Virus record (IMG/VR): IMGVR_UViG_3300017990_000011 | DNA: 20,000 nucleotides | Source: an uncultured virus (IMG/VR IMGVR_UViG_3300017990_000011) | Taxonomy: Duplodnaviria; Heunggongvirae; Uroviricota; Caudoviricetes | Reading direction: 5' to 3' (one strand) | Shown: piece after piece, positions 7,684 to 16,615 of the stretch | Layout of the letters: every line of letters begins with the position of its first letter | Position numbering within the stretch: the first letter of the stretch is position 1 | Notes under the pieces: model-generated | Database searches by the model: none | What the model saw: only the letters and a program-made list of their open reading frames with translations | Told to the model about the DNA's origin: nothing | Position numbers and translations under genes: made by a program

Positions 7684-7943
7684 TAGTCATCCTCCTCAAC
7701 TTCTTCGTTAATTGTTATAGTCCACGATAAATCTACATCATTTAAATTATTAAGTATTTTTTCCTTAGCCTCATCCGAGTCGTACTGTAATAGGACAACT
7801 TGATCTGTAGCATTACAAACTGGACACTTAACTGCGATCACCAAAGCGGCCGATTGATCCATAGGTTTTATGGAACACACACCTTTCGCTCCGCAATCAC
7901 ACTGATAATAAATATTGTTCCTTTCATGTTTAATGATTTCCAT
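7683..7943 (-). CDS. Small zinc-ribbon-like hypothetical protein
   Basis: QCDCG and KCPVC pairs; TAATG coupling to the deaminase start. Confidence 0.7.
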   Translation of the reverse strand: MEIIKHERNNIYYQCDCGAKGVCSIKPMDQSAALVIAVKCPVCNATDQVVLLQYDSDEAKEKILNNLNDVDLSWTITINEEVEEDD

Positions 7944-7991
7944 TTTGCCTTTACCCCTCTTTGTACTATTAGGACTGCCTGTCCTTACTAT

Positions 7992-8007
7992 TATTATAGT
8001 ACAAAAT
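7992..8007 (-). promoter_or_regulatory. Second promoter-like motif copy B (ATTTTGTACTATAATA)
   Basis: Identical to 7103-7118 and intergenic. Confidence 0.65.
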
Positions 8008-8016
8008 CCGATAAAA

Positions 8017-8808
8017 TTAAATATAATTATGGTTGTTGCTAATATAATTTAATGTAACGGACATGACTAACTTTTCGATATTTTCTATATCAGGTTCTGA
8101 TGGAAGCGGTGATTTGACATATGCTTTATCAGTGAGTTCGAACAATCTATTGGCCTCATCTTTAACATCTTCCAACTTCCATTTACCTAATTTAATTTCT
8201 AATAATCTTTTCGCATCAGCTCTAGCAACAAATAACTCACCAGTTAATAAGAATTCCATACCCATTCTAAGTAAACGAACACAATGAGCAGCATTTTTAG
8301 TATCATAACCAAACTTATCAACCAATGCCTTACGTTTTTGGCCCATATATCCTTCTGTACTATAGTTTTCCATCTTATGTAGTTGCCCACTAGCATACCC
8401 TGTAAAAGATTGGTAAGCTTTCTTGGAAGAAAACAAATCACGGTTTTCAATTAACAACTTTCCATAGGTGGAACGTTGGATATAGTGATTCTCCTTGAGC
8501 CACAGCATGGACAACACATTGGGATTAGATTTAATAAGTAGATTGACAAACCTTCTAAATTCATAGTTAACAACATCATACTTACCAACAAACCTTTCTC
8601 TTCCCTTATTGTATTTCTTATAGCCACGACCCAATCCAATATAGTATTCTTTAGGTGCCATATACACACCCATTAAATCCACATCATCAATACTATGAGG
8701 ATCTGTGTTAGGCACATACATATCATGCGCAACACTACCACGGTACCCAACCAGAACTGTGCGGTCTGGAAACAATAATCTTTTTAATTCTTCTGTGAGT
8801 TCTTTCAT
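8017..8808 (-). CDS. Pol-beta superfamily nucleotidyltransferase (RlaP/YcgL-like)
   Basis: RGSVAH, DDVDLMGVY (DxD), KSNPNVL, GYA.GQ, YDTKNAAHCVRLL. Confidence 0.85.
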   Translation of the reverse strand: MKELTEELKRLLFPDRTVLVGYRGSVAHDMYVPNTDPHSIDDVDLMGVYMAPKEYYIGLGRGYKKYNKGRERFVGKYDVVNYEFRRFVNLLIKSNPNVLSMLWLKENHYIQRSTYGKLLIENRDLFSSKKAYQSFTGYASGQLHKMENYSTEGYMGQKRKALVDKFGYDTKNAAHCVRLLRMGMEFLLTGELFVARADAKRLLEIKLGKWKLEDVKDEANRLFELTDKAYVKSPLPSEPDIENIEKLVMSVTLNYISNNHNYI

Positions 8809-9410
8809 CCTACTTTCCTAAAGCTTGTCCTATGAAATTCGGTAATCCCATAAGTCTTAATGGCTTTTATATGTTTTTTAGTTAAATAACCTTTGTTTGT
8901 ATCCCACCCATATATAGGAAAGATATCATGTAAATCTTTCATAACCCTATCACGTACTACCTTAGCAATAATACTCGCTGCAGCCACGGATATAGACTTG
9001 TTATCACCCTTAACGACCTGATCCTGAGGTACCCACAGATCATTTAGCTTTACTGTGCCATCTATAATAGCGTAGTCTACCTTAGATAGCTTACTAAGAG
9101 CTTCTTTCATAGCCAACTTAGTGGCTTCTAATATGTTTATCTCATCTATAGTATCACTGCTAACCACTCCCACACCAACATCACACTTCTTCATAATAAT
9201 TGGATATAGGGCTTCTCTTTTCTTAGCAGTGAGTTTCTTAGAATCATTAACCCTCAACAGTAGATCAGGAATAACATCTTCAGGTATCACCGCTGCTGCA
9301 GCTACCACTGGTCCTGCTCCAGGGCCTCTACCTGCTTCATCTACACCTGCTATGTATTCAAACCCCTTTAATTTTACAGACTCTTCGATGTCATAGGTGG
9401 GGTAATTCAT
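8805..9410 (-). CDS. rnhB: Ribonuclease HII
   Basis: GVDEAGRG..AGPVV, DSKKL, IDG, KGD.KS.SVAAASIIAKV.RD, KGY, HR.SF. Confidence 0.96.
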   Translation of the reverse strand: MNYPTYDIEESVKLKGFEYIAGVDEAGRGPGAGPVVAAAAVIPEDVIPDLLLRVNDSKKLTAKKREALYPIIMKKCDVGVGVVSSDTIDEINILEATKLAMKEALSKLSKVDYAIIDGTVKLNDLWVPQDQVVKGDNKSISVAAASIIAKVVRDRVMKDLHDIFPIYGWDTNKGYLTKKHIKAIKTYGITEFHRTSFRKVG

Positions 9411-9691
9411 TTCTTTTTTCTCTTTTTTCTTTTCCTAGGTTTACTTGGATCATCATCATTGACTAACTTACCTATTGCACGTGCTAGATACTGCATAGCT
9501 GCTGCTCTTGCTATTCGTGTATGGCCAAGTTCTTCTTCCACCTGCATCTCTGTGAATTTGGATAAATTTCTTTGTACAAAATTATCACAATGAGGGCATG
9601 TGGTTTCAATGATTGGTCCGTAAATCCTAGTATTATCTACAAAGCATATATAAAGTTTATTACAATTAGAGCACCTAAGCTTTAAAGGCAT
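9407..9691 (-). CDS. Zinc-ribbon hypothetical protein with basic tail
   Basis: CSNC and CPHC pairs; KPRKRKKRKKK C-terminus; ATGA overlap with rnhB. Confidence 0.7.
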   Translation of the reverse strand: MPLKLRCSNCNKLYICFVDNTRIYGPIIETTCPHCDNFVQRNLSKFTEMQVEEELGHTRIARAAAMQYLARAIGKLVNDDDPSKPRKRKKRKKK

Positions 9692-9693
9692 AT

Positions 9694-10020
9694 TTATTCT
9701 CCTTTATCTTTAACAGCTGTTGTAGTGAATCTACTTAGATCACCTGTAAGAGGATGCTGTGATGATTTAGATTTATCAAACACACCTCTACGTTGCTCCT
9801 CTTTAAGTTGTCTAAGCTCCGCTTTGTATAGTTTCTTAAGCTTCTCTTTCTCCGAATAACTCATCCTAAGTGTTGGTATCTCTTCAACTTTCTTTACCTT
9901 GTCTGGACTGAACACAAACAATTTACACTTTCTGGATTTGTTAACATGCACTTTAGTTTTCTTAACTATACAACGGCTTCCTTCCTCTTTTTCACACACT
10001 GAGCATCTTACCTTTGGCAT
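9694..10020 (-). CDS. Cys/Lys-rich hypothetical protein
   Basis: CSVC...C...C; AGGAGG SD; first gene after promoter copy 2. Confidence 0.75.
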   Translation of the reverse strand: MPKVRCSVCEKEEGSRCIVKKTKVHVNKSRKCKLFVFSPDKVKKVEEIPTLRMSYSEKEKLKKLYKAELRQLKEEQRRGVFDKSKSSQHPLTGDLSRFTTTAVKDKGE

Positions 10021-10035
10021 AATATCCTCCTATCC

Positions 10036-10067
10036 TACAATATAATCACTATTTTTGATTTGTCAAG
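10036..10067 (-). promoter_or_regulatory. Conserved promoter motif copy 2
   Basis: CTTGACAAA-tcaaaaatagtga-TTATATTGTA. Confidence 0.8.
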
Positions 10068-10069
10068 GC

Positions 10070-10666
10070 CTATCTGTTTCCAATTCCTACATGTCTCAGA
10101 ATTTCTTGCCAATTATGGACTCTTTTGAACTTACTTTTATCTATGGGACCTTGATTCCATGGCCTATCAAACAACAACAGCCCCTTTCTCCATTTCAATT
10201 TATGTTCTGCCATACTCACTAGGTGTTTTTCTATGTCATCTACATACATATCTAATTTAAGTCTGGCTCCTGTGATTCCTTTTTCGGCGCCAGATCCTAG
10301 TACATGTAGTGTAGTAAATGGTATACTATATTTTCTTAACCACATGAAAGTTTTATATTTATTAGCAGGTGGTCTATTAGTAATAAAATGCAACTCATGT
10401 CCTTGGTGTTTCAATTTATGCAGTGTTTCTATAGCATCTTCAATGGGTTCTCCTGTAAACTGATAGTCAGGGTTGTTGGCAATAAAAAACATATCATCTA
10501 TTATAGCCGCATTCTTTTCCTCATCCTCTACAAATTTACATAAACTGAAACTATAATCTCTGAAACAATTTAGAGGCCAATCAACGCCGTATTCTTCTTT
10601 AAGGTGTTTTTCAAATACATCACCTAAGTTCACAACAACCTCATCAAGATCGAATCCTAATCTCAT
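10070..10666 (-). CDS. HAD-superfamily 5'(3')-deoxyribonucleotidase (NT5C-like)
   Basis: GFDLDEVV, FITNR, K, YVDD, FDRPWN, RV.NW.EI. Confidence 0.85.
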   Translation of the reverse strand: MRLGFDLDEVVVNLGDVFEKHLKEEYGVDWPLNCFRDYSFSLCKFVEDEEKNAAIIDDMFFIANNPDYQFTGEPIEDAIETLHKLKHQGHELHFITNRPPANKYKTFMWLRKYSIPFTTLHVLGSGAEKGITGARLKLDMYVDDIEKHLVSMAEHKLKWRKGLLLFDRPWNQGPIDKSKFKRVHNWQEILRHVGIGNR

Positions 10667-10675
10667 GTTGACCTC

Positions 10676-12394
10676 CTATATATCACAACTACCTGTGGCG
10701 CATTCCATAGCCTCTGGTGCAGCTGAGTTATTTTCTTCCAAGTATTCCCTAACCTCTCCCTCTGGCACTCTGTTCAAAATCTGGCCCTCTCTACTACCAT
10801 CTACATACACTGTTACACCTTTAAGGTCTCGTATATATTCAAGAGTTAGATCACTAAGCTCTTCCTTGGTTGTGCCAGCGGGCATATTAATAGTCTTGCT
10901 CACAGCACCATCAGTATATTTCTGTACCACTGCTTGCATTTCAAAATGATCTTCAGGCTCAAGATCGGCTGTATCAACAAACCAATCTTCTATAGTATCT
11001 TCAGTATTCAACAGTTCTTCATATATAGGATGAACATATAATCTACTTCCTACTCTATCATTCCGTCTGTAAGCCTTTAAGAACAGTGGCTCTACACTGG
11101 AAGTGACCTCAGGCAGTAAACTAATAGTTCCAGTAGGAGCTATAGCCATCAATGTAACATTTCTTATACCGTATGTTTTTATATCCATACGTAAAGAAGC
11201 TGGAAGTGCTCTAACAAAGTGAGCCTTGCTGTATTGCATAGCATCAAACTTAGGAAACGCACCTTTCTCTTCAGCCAAAGCGATGGATGTTTCATATACA
11301 ACGTCTCTGATAAACCGCATCAACTTCTCTGTTTCATATACTGCTTTCTGAGAACCATATCTAAGTTTCTTAGCGAACAGATATTCAGCTAATCCCATAA
11401 CACCGATGCCTATTCTGCGGCCGGCGTGGGCATTAATATCAATTTCATGTAGAACGTACTTATTAACATCAATAACATTATCAAGAAATCTTGTTGCTAA
11501 CTTAATAGTTTTTTCGAGTTTCTTCCAATTAGTATTTACATTGCCTGTGATAAAATTAGGTAGTACTAAAGAACCTAAACAACAGACACCATAGGAACCT
11601 AATGGAACTTCTCCACATGGGTTTGTAGATACAATAGGATCGAAGTAATAGGAATTATTACTTCTTAAGTTATCCCAATTCAACAACCCAGGCTCTGCAC
11701 AGTTGACCATATTCTCTACCACTTTGTCCCATATATCTCTGGCTGGAACAGACCCATAGTCTTGTTGTTGGAATTTAAATAACCATTCATCATTAGATTC
11801 TACCGCGTCTAGAAAATCATCAGTAACTGCGACAGATATATTATAATGACTAAGTTTTCCATGCGTTAGTTTGGCGTCAATGAATCTCATTATATCTGGG
11901 TGACTTACTGCCATTGTAGCCAACGCCGCTGCTCTTCTTGCACCACCACTTTCAATAGTTTCAGCATCACCATCTGACGCGACCAAAAAACTAACTGGCC
12001 CAGATGATTGGCCTCCCTTACCTTTGATTGGTGCCATCTTGGGTCGTAGGTTTGACAGATTACATCCTACACCACCACCCTCACTCCAGAGAATGAGTGC
12101 GTCCTTTTTCCACTGTCCGATCTCTTCGATCGAATCACCAATGGGTAAGACATAACAATTAAACATAGAACCTCTTGGTCGTCTAGAATTTCTTAATATC
12201 CTACCGCCAGGTAAAAAATCCATGTCGTAAATCATTTCCGAAAACTGTTCTTTGTAAGTAGACGCCATACCATTTTCTACATTAGCCATCTCTCCACCAA
12301 CACGTCGGGCGCAGTCTTCCCACATCTCACCCTCCATAAAATATCTGGCAGCGGCTATCTGTAAAGCGTTCTCTGATAACTTGGAATTTCCCAT
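10676..12394 (-). CDS. nrdJ: Class II (adenosylcobalamin-dependent) ribonucleotide reductase
   Basis: FLPGGRIL, NCYV, GGGVG, TNPCGE, CCLGS, RRIGIG, IAPTGTISL, AVSKTINMP, C-terminal CATGSC; no ATP cone and no nrdB adjacent. ATG 12394 preferred over TTG 12397. Confidence 0.88.
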   Translation of the reverse strand: MGNSKLSENALQIAAARYFMEGEMWEDCARRVGGEMANVENGMASTYKEQFSEMIYDMDFLPGGRILRNSRRPRGSMFNCYVLPIGDSIEEIGQWKKDALILWSEGGGVGCNLSNLRPKMAPIKGKGGQSSGPVSFLVASDGDAETIESGGARRAAALATMAVSHPDIMRFIDAKLTHGKLSHYNISVAVTDDFLDAVESNDEWLFKFQQQDYGSVPARDIWDKVVENMVNCAEPGLLNWDNLRSNNSYYFDPIVSTNPCGEVPLGSYGVCCLGSLVLPNFITGNVNTNWKKLEKTIKLATRFLDNVIDVNKYVLHEIDINAHAGRRIGIGVMGLAEYLFAKKLRYGSQKAVYETEKLMRFIRDVVYETSIALAEEKGAFPKFDAMQYSKAHFVRALPASLRMDIKTYGIRNVTLMAIAPTGTISLLPEVTSSVEPLFLKAYRRNDRVGSRLYVHPIYEELLNTEDTIEDWFVDTADLEPEDHFEMQAVVQKYTDGAVSKTINMPAGTTKEELSDLTLEYIRDLKGVTVYVDGSREGQILNRVPEGEVREYLEENNSAAPEAMECATGSCDI

Positions 12395-12405
12395 CAATTA
12401 ACCTC

Positions 12406-12843
12406 CTATATTCCTGTTGAACCGAGACCACCAGTTCCTCTAGCTGTCTCATCTAATTTCGATGTTTCTATAAAATGCCCTTTATAAAAGGACGTAAACA
12501 CAATTTGAGCTACTCTATCACCAGTACGTATAGCAAAATCTTGGCGAGAGAAATTTATTAATGGAATTTTTAACTCGCCTCGAAAATCATTATCTATAGT
12601 TGCTGGTGAATTAATGAGAGTCACACCATGTTTTATAGCCAAACCAGATCTTGGTCTTATTTGCCCCTCTATTTCCTCCGGTATAGCTACCGCTAACCCC
12701 GTTCTAATAAGATAGACATTTCCTGGTTTTAATACATAATTTTCTACCGCATACAAATCAGCTCCTGCACTACCTCTAGTAGCATATAGCGGTATCTGTG
12801 CATCTGTATGCAGTTTTGTAAATAATATTCTTATATCATTCAT
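12406..12843 (-). CDS. dut: Trimeric dUTPase
   Basis: SAGADL, RPRSGLA, TID.DFRGE, GDRVAQ, RG.GGLGSTG; true start likely ATG 12843 (AGGAG SD, ATGA overlap with the endonuclease stop). Confidence 0.95.
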   Translation of the reverse strand: MNDIRILFTKLHTDAQIPLYATRGSAGADLYAVENYVLKPGNVYLIRTGLAVAIPEEIEGQIRPRSGLAIKHGVTLINSPATIDNDFRGELKIPLINFSRQDFAIRTGDRVAQIVFTSFYKGHFIETSKLDETARGTGGLGSTGI

Positions 12844-13553
12844 TTTTTGTCTCCTTGTGTGTATCTCCAAATATAACCACCAGCAGATTTTCTTTTATTT
12901 TTACAGCATGCGTTTATGTTCCTACGTTCTATATTTAATTCTCGGCTGGCATCGATTATTGCATCCCATTCCCTCACAAAATCACCAGTTATATTATATT
13001 GCGTAATTGCTTTAACGTGGTCTGAGCGGTTGTATGATTTAGATTGTTTTTCTCTAGTTTCTTTTGAGTATTTTTTACCAGTGTTTATTTTGGATAGATA
13101 ATTACGAGTCCTTATTGAATGTTTTTTACCATAAAATGGATTGTTTTTGCCTTGTGTTCTAGCTTTACTATTCAAACCTATTTTTATTTTTGTTTCTCTT
13201 GAATGTTTGTGACCTTTTAACGCTTTAGATATTTTATTACGAGTGTCATCATTACACCTATTCCCTTGCCCGCCTTTTGTTTTGTTATACCCCTCTTTAT
13301 CTATATATGATTTAAACTCTTCTATCCAATAAATTTCTCTACTATACAAATCACTTTCTTCACACAACTCTAAGATATTAAATATGAAAGCAGATTTATC
13401 GTATCTAATATAATCCAATTGTAAAGTTTCATTGTGATGGCATTTATATTTAAGTAATTTTTTATGTTGTTTAATCCTCTTATATATATCTACACTAGCT
13501 CCAATATAAACTTTTTTATTAACTTTATTTGTCAGGATATAAATACCAATCAT
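12840..13553 (-). CDS. Free-standing GIY-YIG homing endonuclease with NUMOD3 repeats and NUMOD1-like HTH
   Basis: GIY..TN..NKKVYIG, R...H, E, GYN..KGG; HS.ETK.KI repeats, GKNNPFYGKKHS; I.ACC...RKSAGGYIWRY. Start at ATG 13553 (TAATG overlap with the pol stop). Confidence 0.92.
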   Translation of the reverse strand: MIGIYILTNKVNKKVYIGASVDIYKRIKQHKKLLKYKCHHNETLQLDYIRYDKSAFIFNILELCEESDLYSREIYWIEEFKSYIDKEGYNKTKGGQGNRCNDDTRNKISKALKGHKHSRETKIKIGLNSKARTQGKNNPFYGKKHSIRTRNYLSKINTGKKYSKETREKQSKSYNRSDHVKAITQYNITGDFVREWDAIIDASRELNIERRNINACCKNKRKSAGGYIWRYTQGDKK

Positions 13554-15478
13554 TAGTCTTGCAGCCCTCCGCATTTTTTACAAACAGTTCTAGTACCATA
13601 TTTTTCATCTGAAATAGAGCCCATCTCACTGTGGTTACATTCAACACCGTTAATTTTATGGCTGCAGCTATCTTTTAACCAGCAGTCGCCTATTAGCGCG
13701 TCTGTTTCCATTGGAATCAAATCAAAATATTTTCCAAAACCATCTATTAAAGATTGTTCTACTATAGCCCTTACTTCATGTTTTATATCTTCCCTGGCTT
13801 CAACAATGATCTCATCATGGACTGTTAACAATAACTTAGCATCAAGCCCACTTCGTTCTAATCTTTCCACAACAAGATTCATAGATTCTTTAATAGTATC
13901 AGCATTAGACCCCTGAATGGGGGCATTCTTACCACGCCTCTCTACACTTCCTTTAATCTTATTATAATCTGGGTGCCCATAGTCTGGAAGATTATAATAT
14001 CTTTTCCTACCACTAATGGATCTACTATACCTATTTCTTAACGCATTTCTACCAGATTCAGTCAGAAAACGTTTAACATGTTTATAAGTATTGAGATATC
14101 CATTTATAATTTTTTGAGCGGCAGGCTCAGAGATTTTTAATCTCTTAGCTAGCCCGTATTTAGACATACCATAAACAATACCAAACCCGACAGCCTTAGC
14201 TGCACCACGTTGTTCCTTAGTAACTTCTTCCATAGGTACATTGAACACACCACTTGCGGTCTTAGTGTGGAGATCAATACCATTGGCATATGAATCAATA
14301 AAAATAGGATCCTTTGCTAAGTTTCCAAGGATCCTTAATTCTGCGCCCGACATATCAGATGTGATTAAAACATACCCCTCTTTGGCTATGAAACAACTTC
14401 TAAACTTTTGTTTCTTTGGAATGTTTTGTAGGTTAGGATTAGAGCTACTCATCCTACCAGTAGACACCATCTGTCTAAAGTCTGTGTGTAATCTTTTGGT
14501 TACTTTATTTATCTTTTCTATGAGGGGTTCTGCATAGGTTGAAATCAGTTTGTTGGCTTTGCGGTAATCTAAGAGAGCATCTATAACTGGTATTCCTTTA
14601 TACCTTTTAAGCTCTGCTTCAGATGTGCTCTCTAACTCTAGCCCGTATTTCTTCAATGATTTCATTAGTTGTGATGGGCTGTCTATATTAACTGCGGAGA
14701 CACCGAACATAGTTAGTTGATCCTCTGCTGCAGTCAATGTATCTGCTACTGCTTTCCCTGCTTCTCTTCTATCATCATCGATGTCAGACATAATGGCGCG
14801 CCACTTTGGTACATCCAAAGTAATGCCATTCAACTCCATCTCACACATAGGCTTAAGAAAATTGAATTCTAATTCAGAGACGTTCTCTAAACCCTCCTGT
14901 TGTATCTTAGGCCACTGCATCTCTCTAATCATATCTAATACTACTACATCATTAGCAGCATATTCTAATTGGTATGGTTCAAACTTTTGTCCATATTCTT
15001 GAAATGTACCACGTGGCTCTTTATCCATGTTAACACCAAGATACCTTAAAACCAATGCATCCAATCCTGCCTTAGTATATCTACCAAGATTAAGCATCTG
15101 TTCCACTAACATAGTATCATATACATTATTTAAATAATAACCAGCAGATGTTTTTATCTGCTTCATATCAAACGCTGCGTTCTGTAGTATCTTAGTATGT
15201 TTATCACTTGTAAGAATTGGTTCTAGTGTGTCTAAACCAACACTACTGTGCTCTGTGTCACTTCTGACATCAAAAACAAAATAGTTATTGGGTACACCTA
15301 TCTGTACTAAAGAAATCTTAGAAGTAAATGGATCTAATCCTGTGGTCTCAGTATCCAACGAATACGCTGAGTATCTGTCTAACAAAGACATTACAGTCTT
15401 AGCATCTTCTTCTGTTGTCACATATGTATATTTAGGTTTAGGCAACCTAACCTTTTTAGTTTCAAAAACTGATGTCAA
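13553..15478 (-). CDS. polA: Family A DNA polymerase (3'-5' exonuclease + polymerase, no 5'-3' exonuclease)
   Basis: LDTETTG, QNAAFD, YAANDV exonuclease motifs; TGRMSSSNPNLQNIP, DMSGAELR, AK..GFGIVYG, IQGS.AD, VHDE; TTG start with GGAGG SD. Confidence 0.95.
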   Translation of the reverse strand: MTSVFETKKVRLPKPKYTYVTTEEDAKTVMSLLDRYSAYSLDTETTGLDPFTSKISLVQIGVPNNYFVFDVRSDTEHSSVGLDTLEPILTSDKHTKILQNAAFDMKQIKTSAGYYLNNVYDTMLVEQMLNLGRYTKAGLDALVLRYLGVNMDKEPRGTFQEYGQKFEPYQLEYAANDVVVLDMIREMQWPKIQQEGLENVSELEFNFLKPMCEMELNGITLDVPKWRAIMSDIDDDRREAGKAVADTLTAAEDQLTMFGVSAVNIDSPSQLMKSLKKYGLELESTSEAELKRYKGIPVIDALLDYRKANKLISTYAEPLIEKINKVTKRLHTDFRQMVSTGRMSSSNPNLQNIPKKQKFRSCFIAKEGYVLITSDMSGAELRILGNLAKDPIFIDSYANGIDLHTKTASGVFNVPMEEVTKEQRGAAKAVGFGIVYGMSKYGLAKRLKISEPAAQKIINGYLNTYKHVKRFLTESGRNALRNRYSRSISGRKRYYNLPDYGHPDYNKIKGSVERRGKNAPIQGSNADTIKESMNLVVERLERSGLDAKLLLTVHDEIIVEAREDIKHEVRAIVEQSLIDGFGKYFDLIPMETDALIGDCWLKDSCSHKINGVECNHSEMGSISDEKYGTRTVCKKCGGLQD

Positions 15479-16549
15479 TTACTGACCTCCGTGAATCAAA
15501 TGTGTTATCTTAGCCATATATAAATACCATTTATGTTCTGCTGCTTTGCCGGCTTCATAAATTGGAACTGTTAGAAAATCCAATATCTTTGAGAACTTAA
15601 CGAACTCATTTGGTGATTTAGCGCGCTTCAAACAGCCTACAAAATAACCTGCTACCCCCAATCTTATAGTTTCTATAGGTATATTCTTAAGTTTCTTTTG
15701 ATGATCTACAGCAGATTTAAATTTTCCTTTGATTAAAATTTTACTTAAATCAAATACTAATGGGTCGTCATCACCAATCGGTAGTCCAACAATATCTTTT
15801 GCCGCTTCAATAGTCCAAGACCCCTCAGTTATTATTTGACTCATCCAGACCAGTGCGCTTCTCGGTACACCTTTACTCTCTTTAACCACAAAATTAAGTA
15901 CATCTTTATTATATTCAATCCCCTCAAATTGACAAACATTATCTAACATACCACTAATTAAATCATCATTAAGTGGGGAGAAATTGAAAATAGTACACCT
16001 GCTAAGGAAGGCGTCGCCCTCATCAGTCTTTTTATTCTTTAATTTTTCTGGATGATTCGTACAGAATATAAAATAAACATGTTCAAATCCCGATTCAGTT
16101 GGCTTCAAGAGTAAATCTTGAGCAGCCGGTGTTAATTTATGGGCTTCATCTAACAACAATATTTTATAATTAGAACCAAAAGGAGCATAAGGTAAATCCC
16201 TAACCAACGCATCGACATGGTCTTTACCGCCTGTTTGACCAACATTAATTTCCTTTACATCTAAATCATTTTGATCCATGATTGCAGTACATGAACCACA
16301 TTCTAAACATGGTTTATCTGGCACACCTTGTTCGCAGTTAAGCCCCATAGCTATAATTCTAGCTACAGTGGTCTTTCCACAACCCGCTGGACCTGTCAGT
16401 AACAATGTTCTTGGTAAAGTATTAGTCGATAAATATTGTTTAATTATCTTCTTATTTGTTTCGTTTCCTAAAACTTCGTCAATTCTACAAGGTCTGTAAA
16501 CTACATGTAAATCATTAGACCTCGACTCATTTTCCCGTCTTACAAGCAT
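15479..16549 (-). CDS. dnaX: Clamp-loader AAA+ ATPase, DNA polymerase III gamma/tau-like
   Basis: YRP, GPAGCGKTT Walker A, LNC...PCLECGSC zinc motif, LLDEAH Walker B, LSRC, G.PR. Confidence 0.9.
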   Translation of the reverse strand: MLVRRENESRSNDLHVVYRPCRIDEVLGNETNKKIIKQYLSTNTLPRTLLLTGPAGCGKTTVARIIAMGLNCEQGVPDKPCLECGSCTAIMDQNDLDVKEINVGQTGGKDHVDALVRDLPYAPFGSNYKILLLDEAHKLTPAAQDLLLKPTESGFEHVYFIFCTNHPEKLKNKKTDEGDAFLSRCTIFNFSPLNDDLISGMLDNVCQFEGIEYNKDVLNFVVKESKGVPRSALVWMSQIITEGSWTIEAAKDIVGLPIGDDDPLVFDLSKILIKGKFKSAVDHQKKLKNIPIETIRLGVAGYFVGCLKRAKSPNEFVKFSKILDFLTVPIYEAGKAAEHKWYLYMAKITHLIHGGQ

Positions 16550-16580
16550 AGATCCTTCCTTTCCTTTTTAACATCTTTAG

Positions 16581-16612
16581 TACAATATAATACATAATTT
16601 CCATTTGTCAAG
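16581..16612 (-). promoter_or_regulatory. Conserved promoter motif copy 3, upstream of the replication block
   Basis: CTTGACAAA-tggaaattatgta-TTATATTGTA. Confidence 0.8.
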
Positions 16613-16615
16613 GTC

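Noticed and set aside
8244..8669. Minus-strand ORFs 8244-8450 and 8451-8669
   Set aside because: They are alternative frames nested within the nucleotidyltransferase gene, with no supporting motifs.
12840..13574. Group I intron around the GIY-YIG ORF
   Set aside because: Both flanking genes are complete and overlap the ORF, leaving no room for a ribozyme core.
10676..16549. Inteins in NrdJ, PolA or DnaX
   Set aside because: The proteins are compact with contiguous motifs and no C...HN splice signatures.
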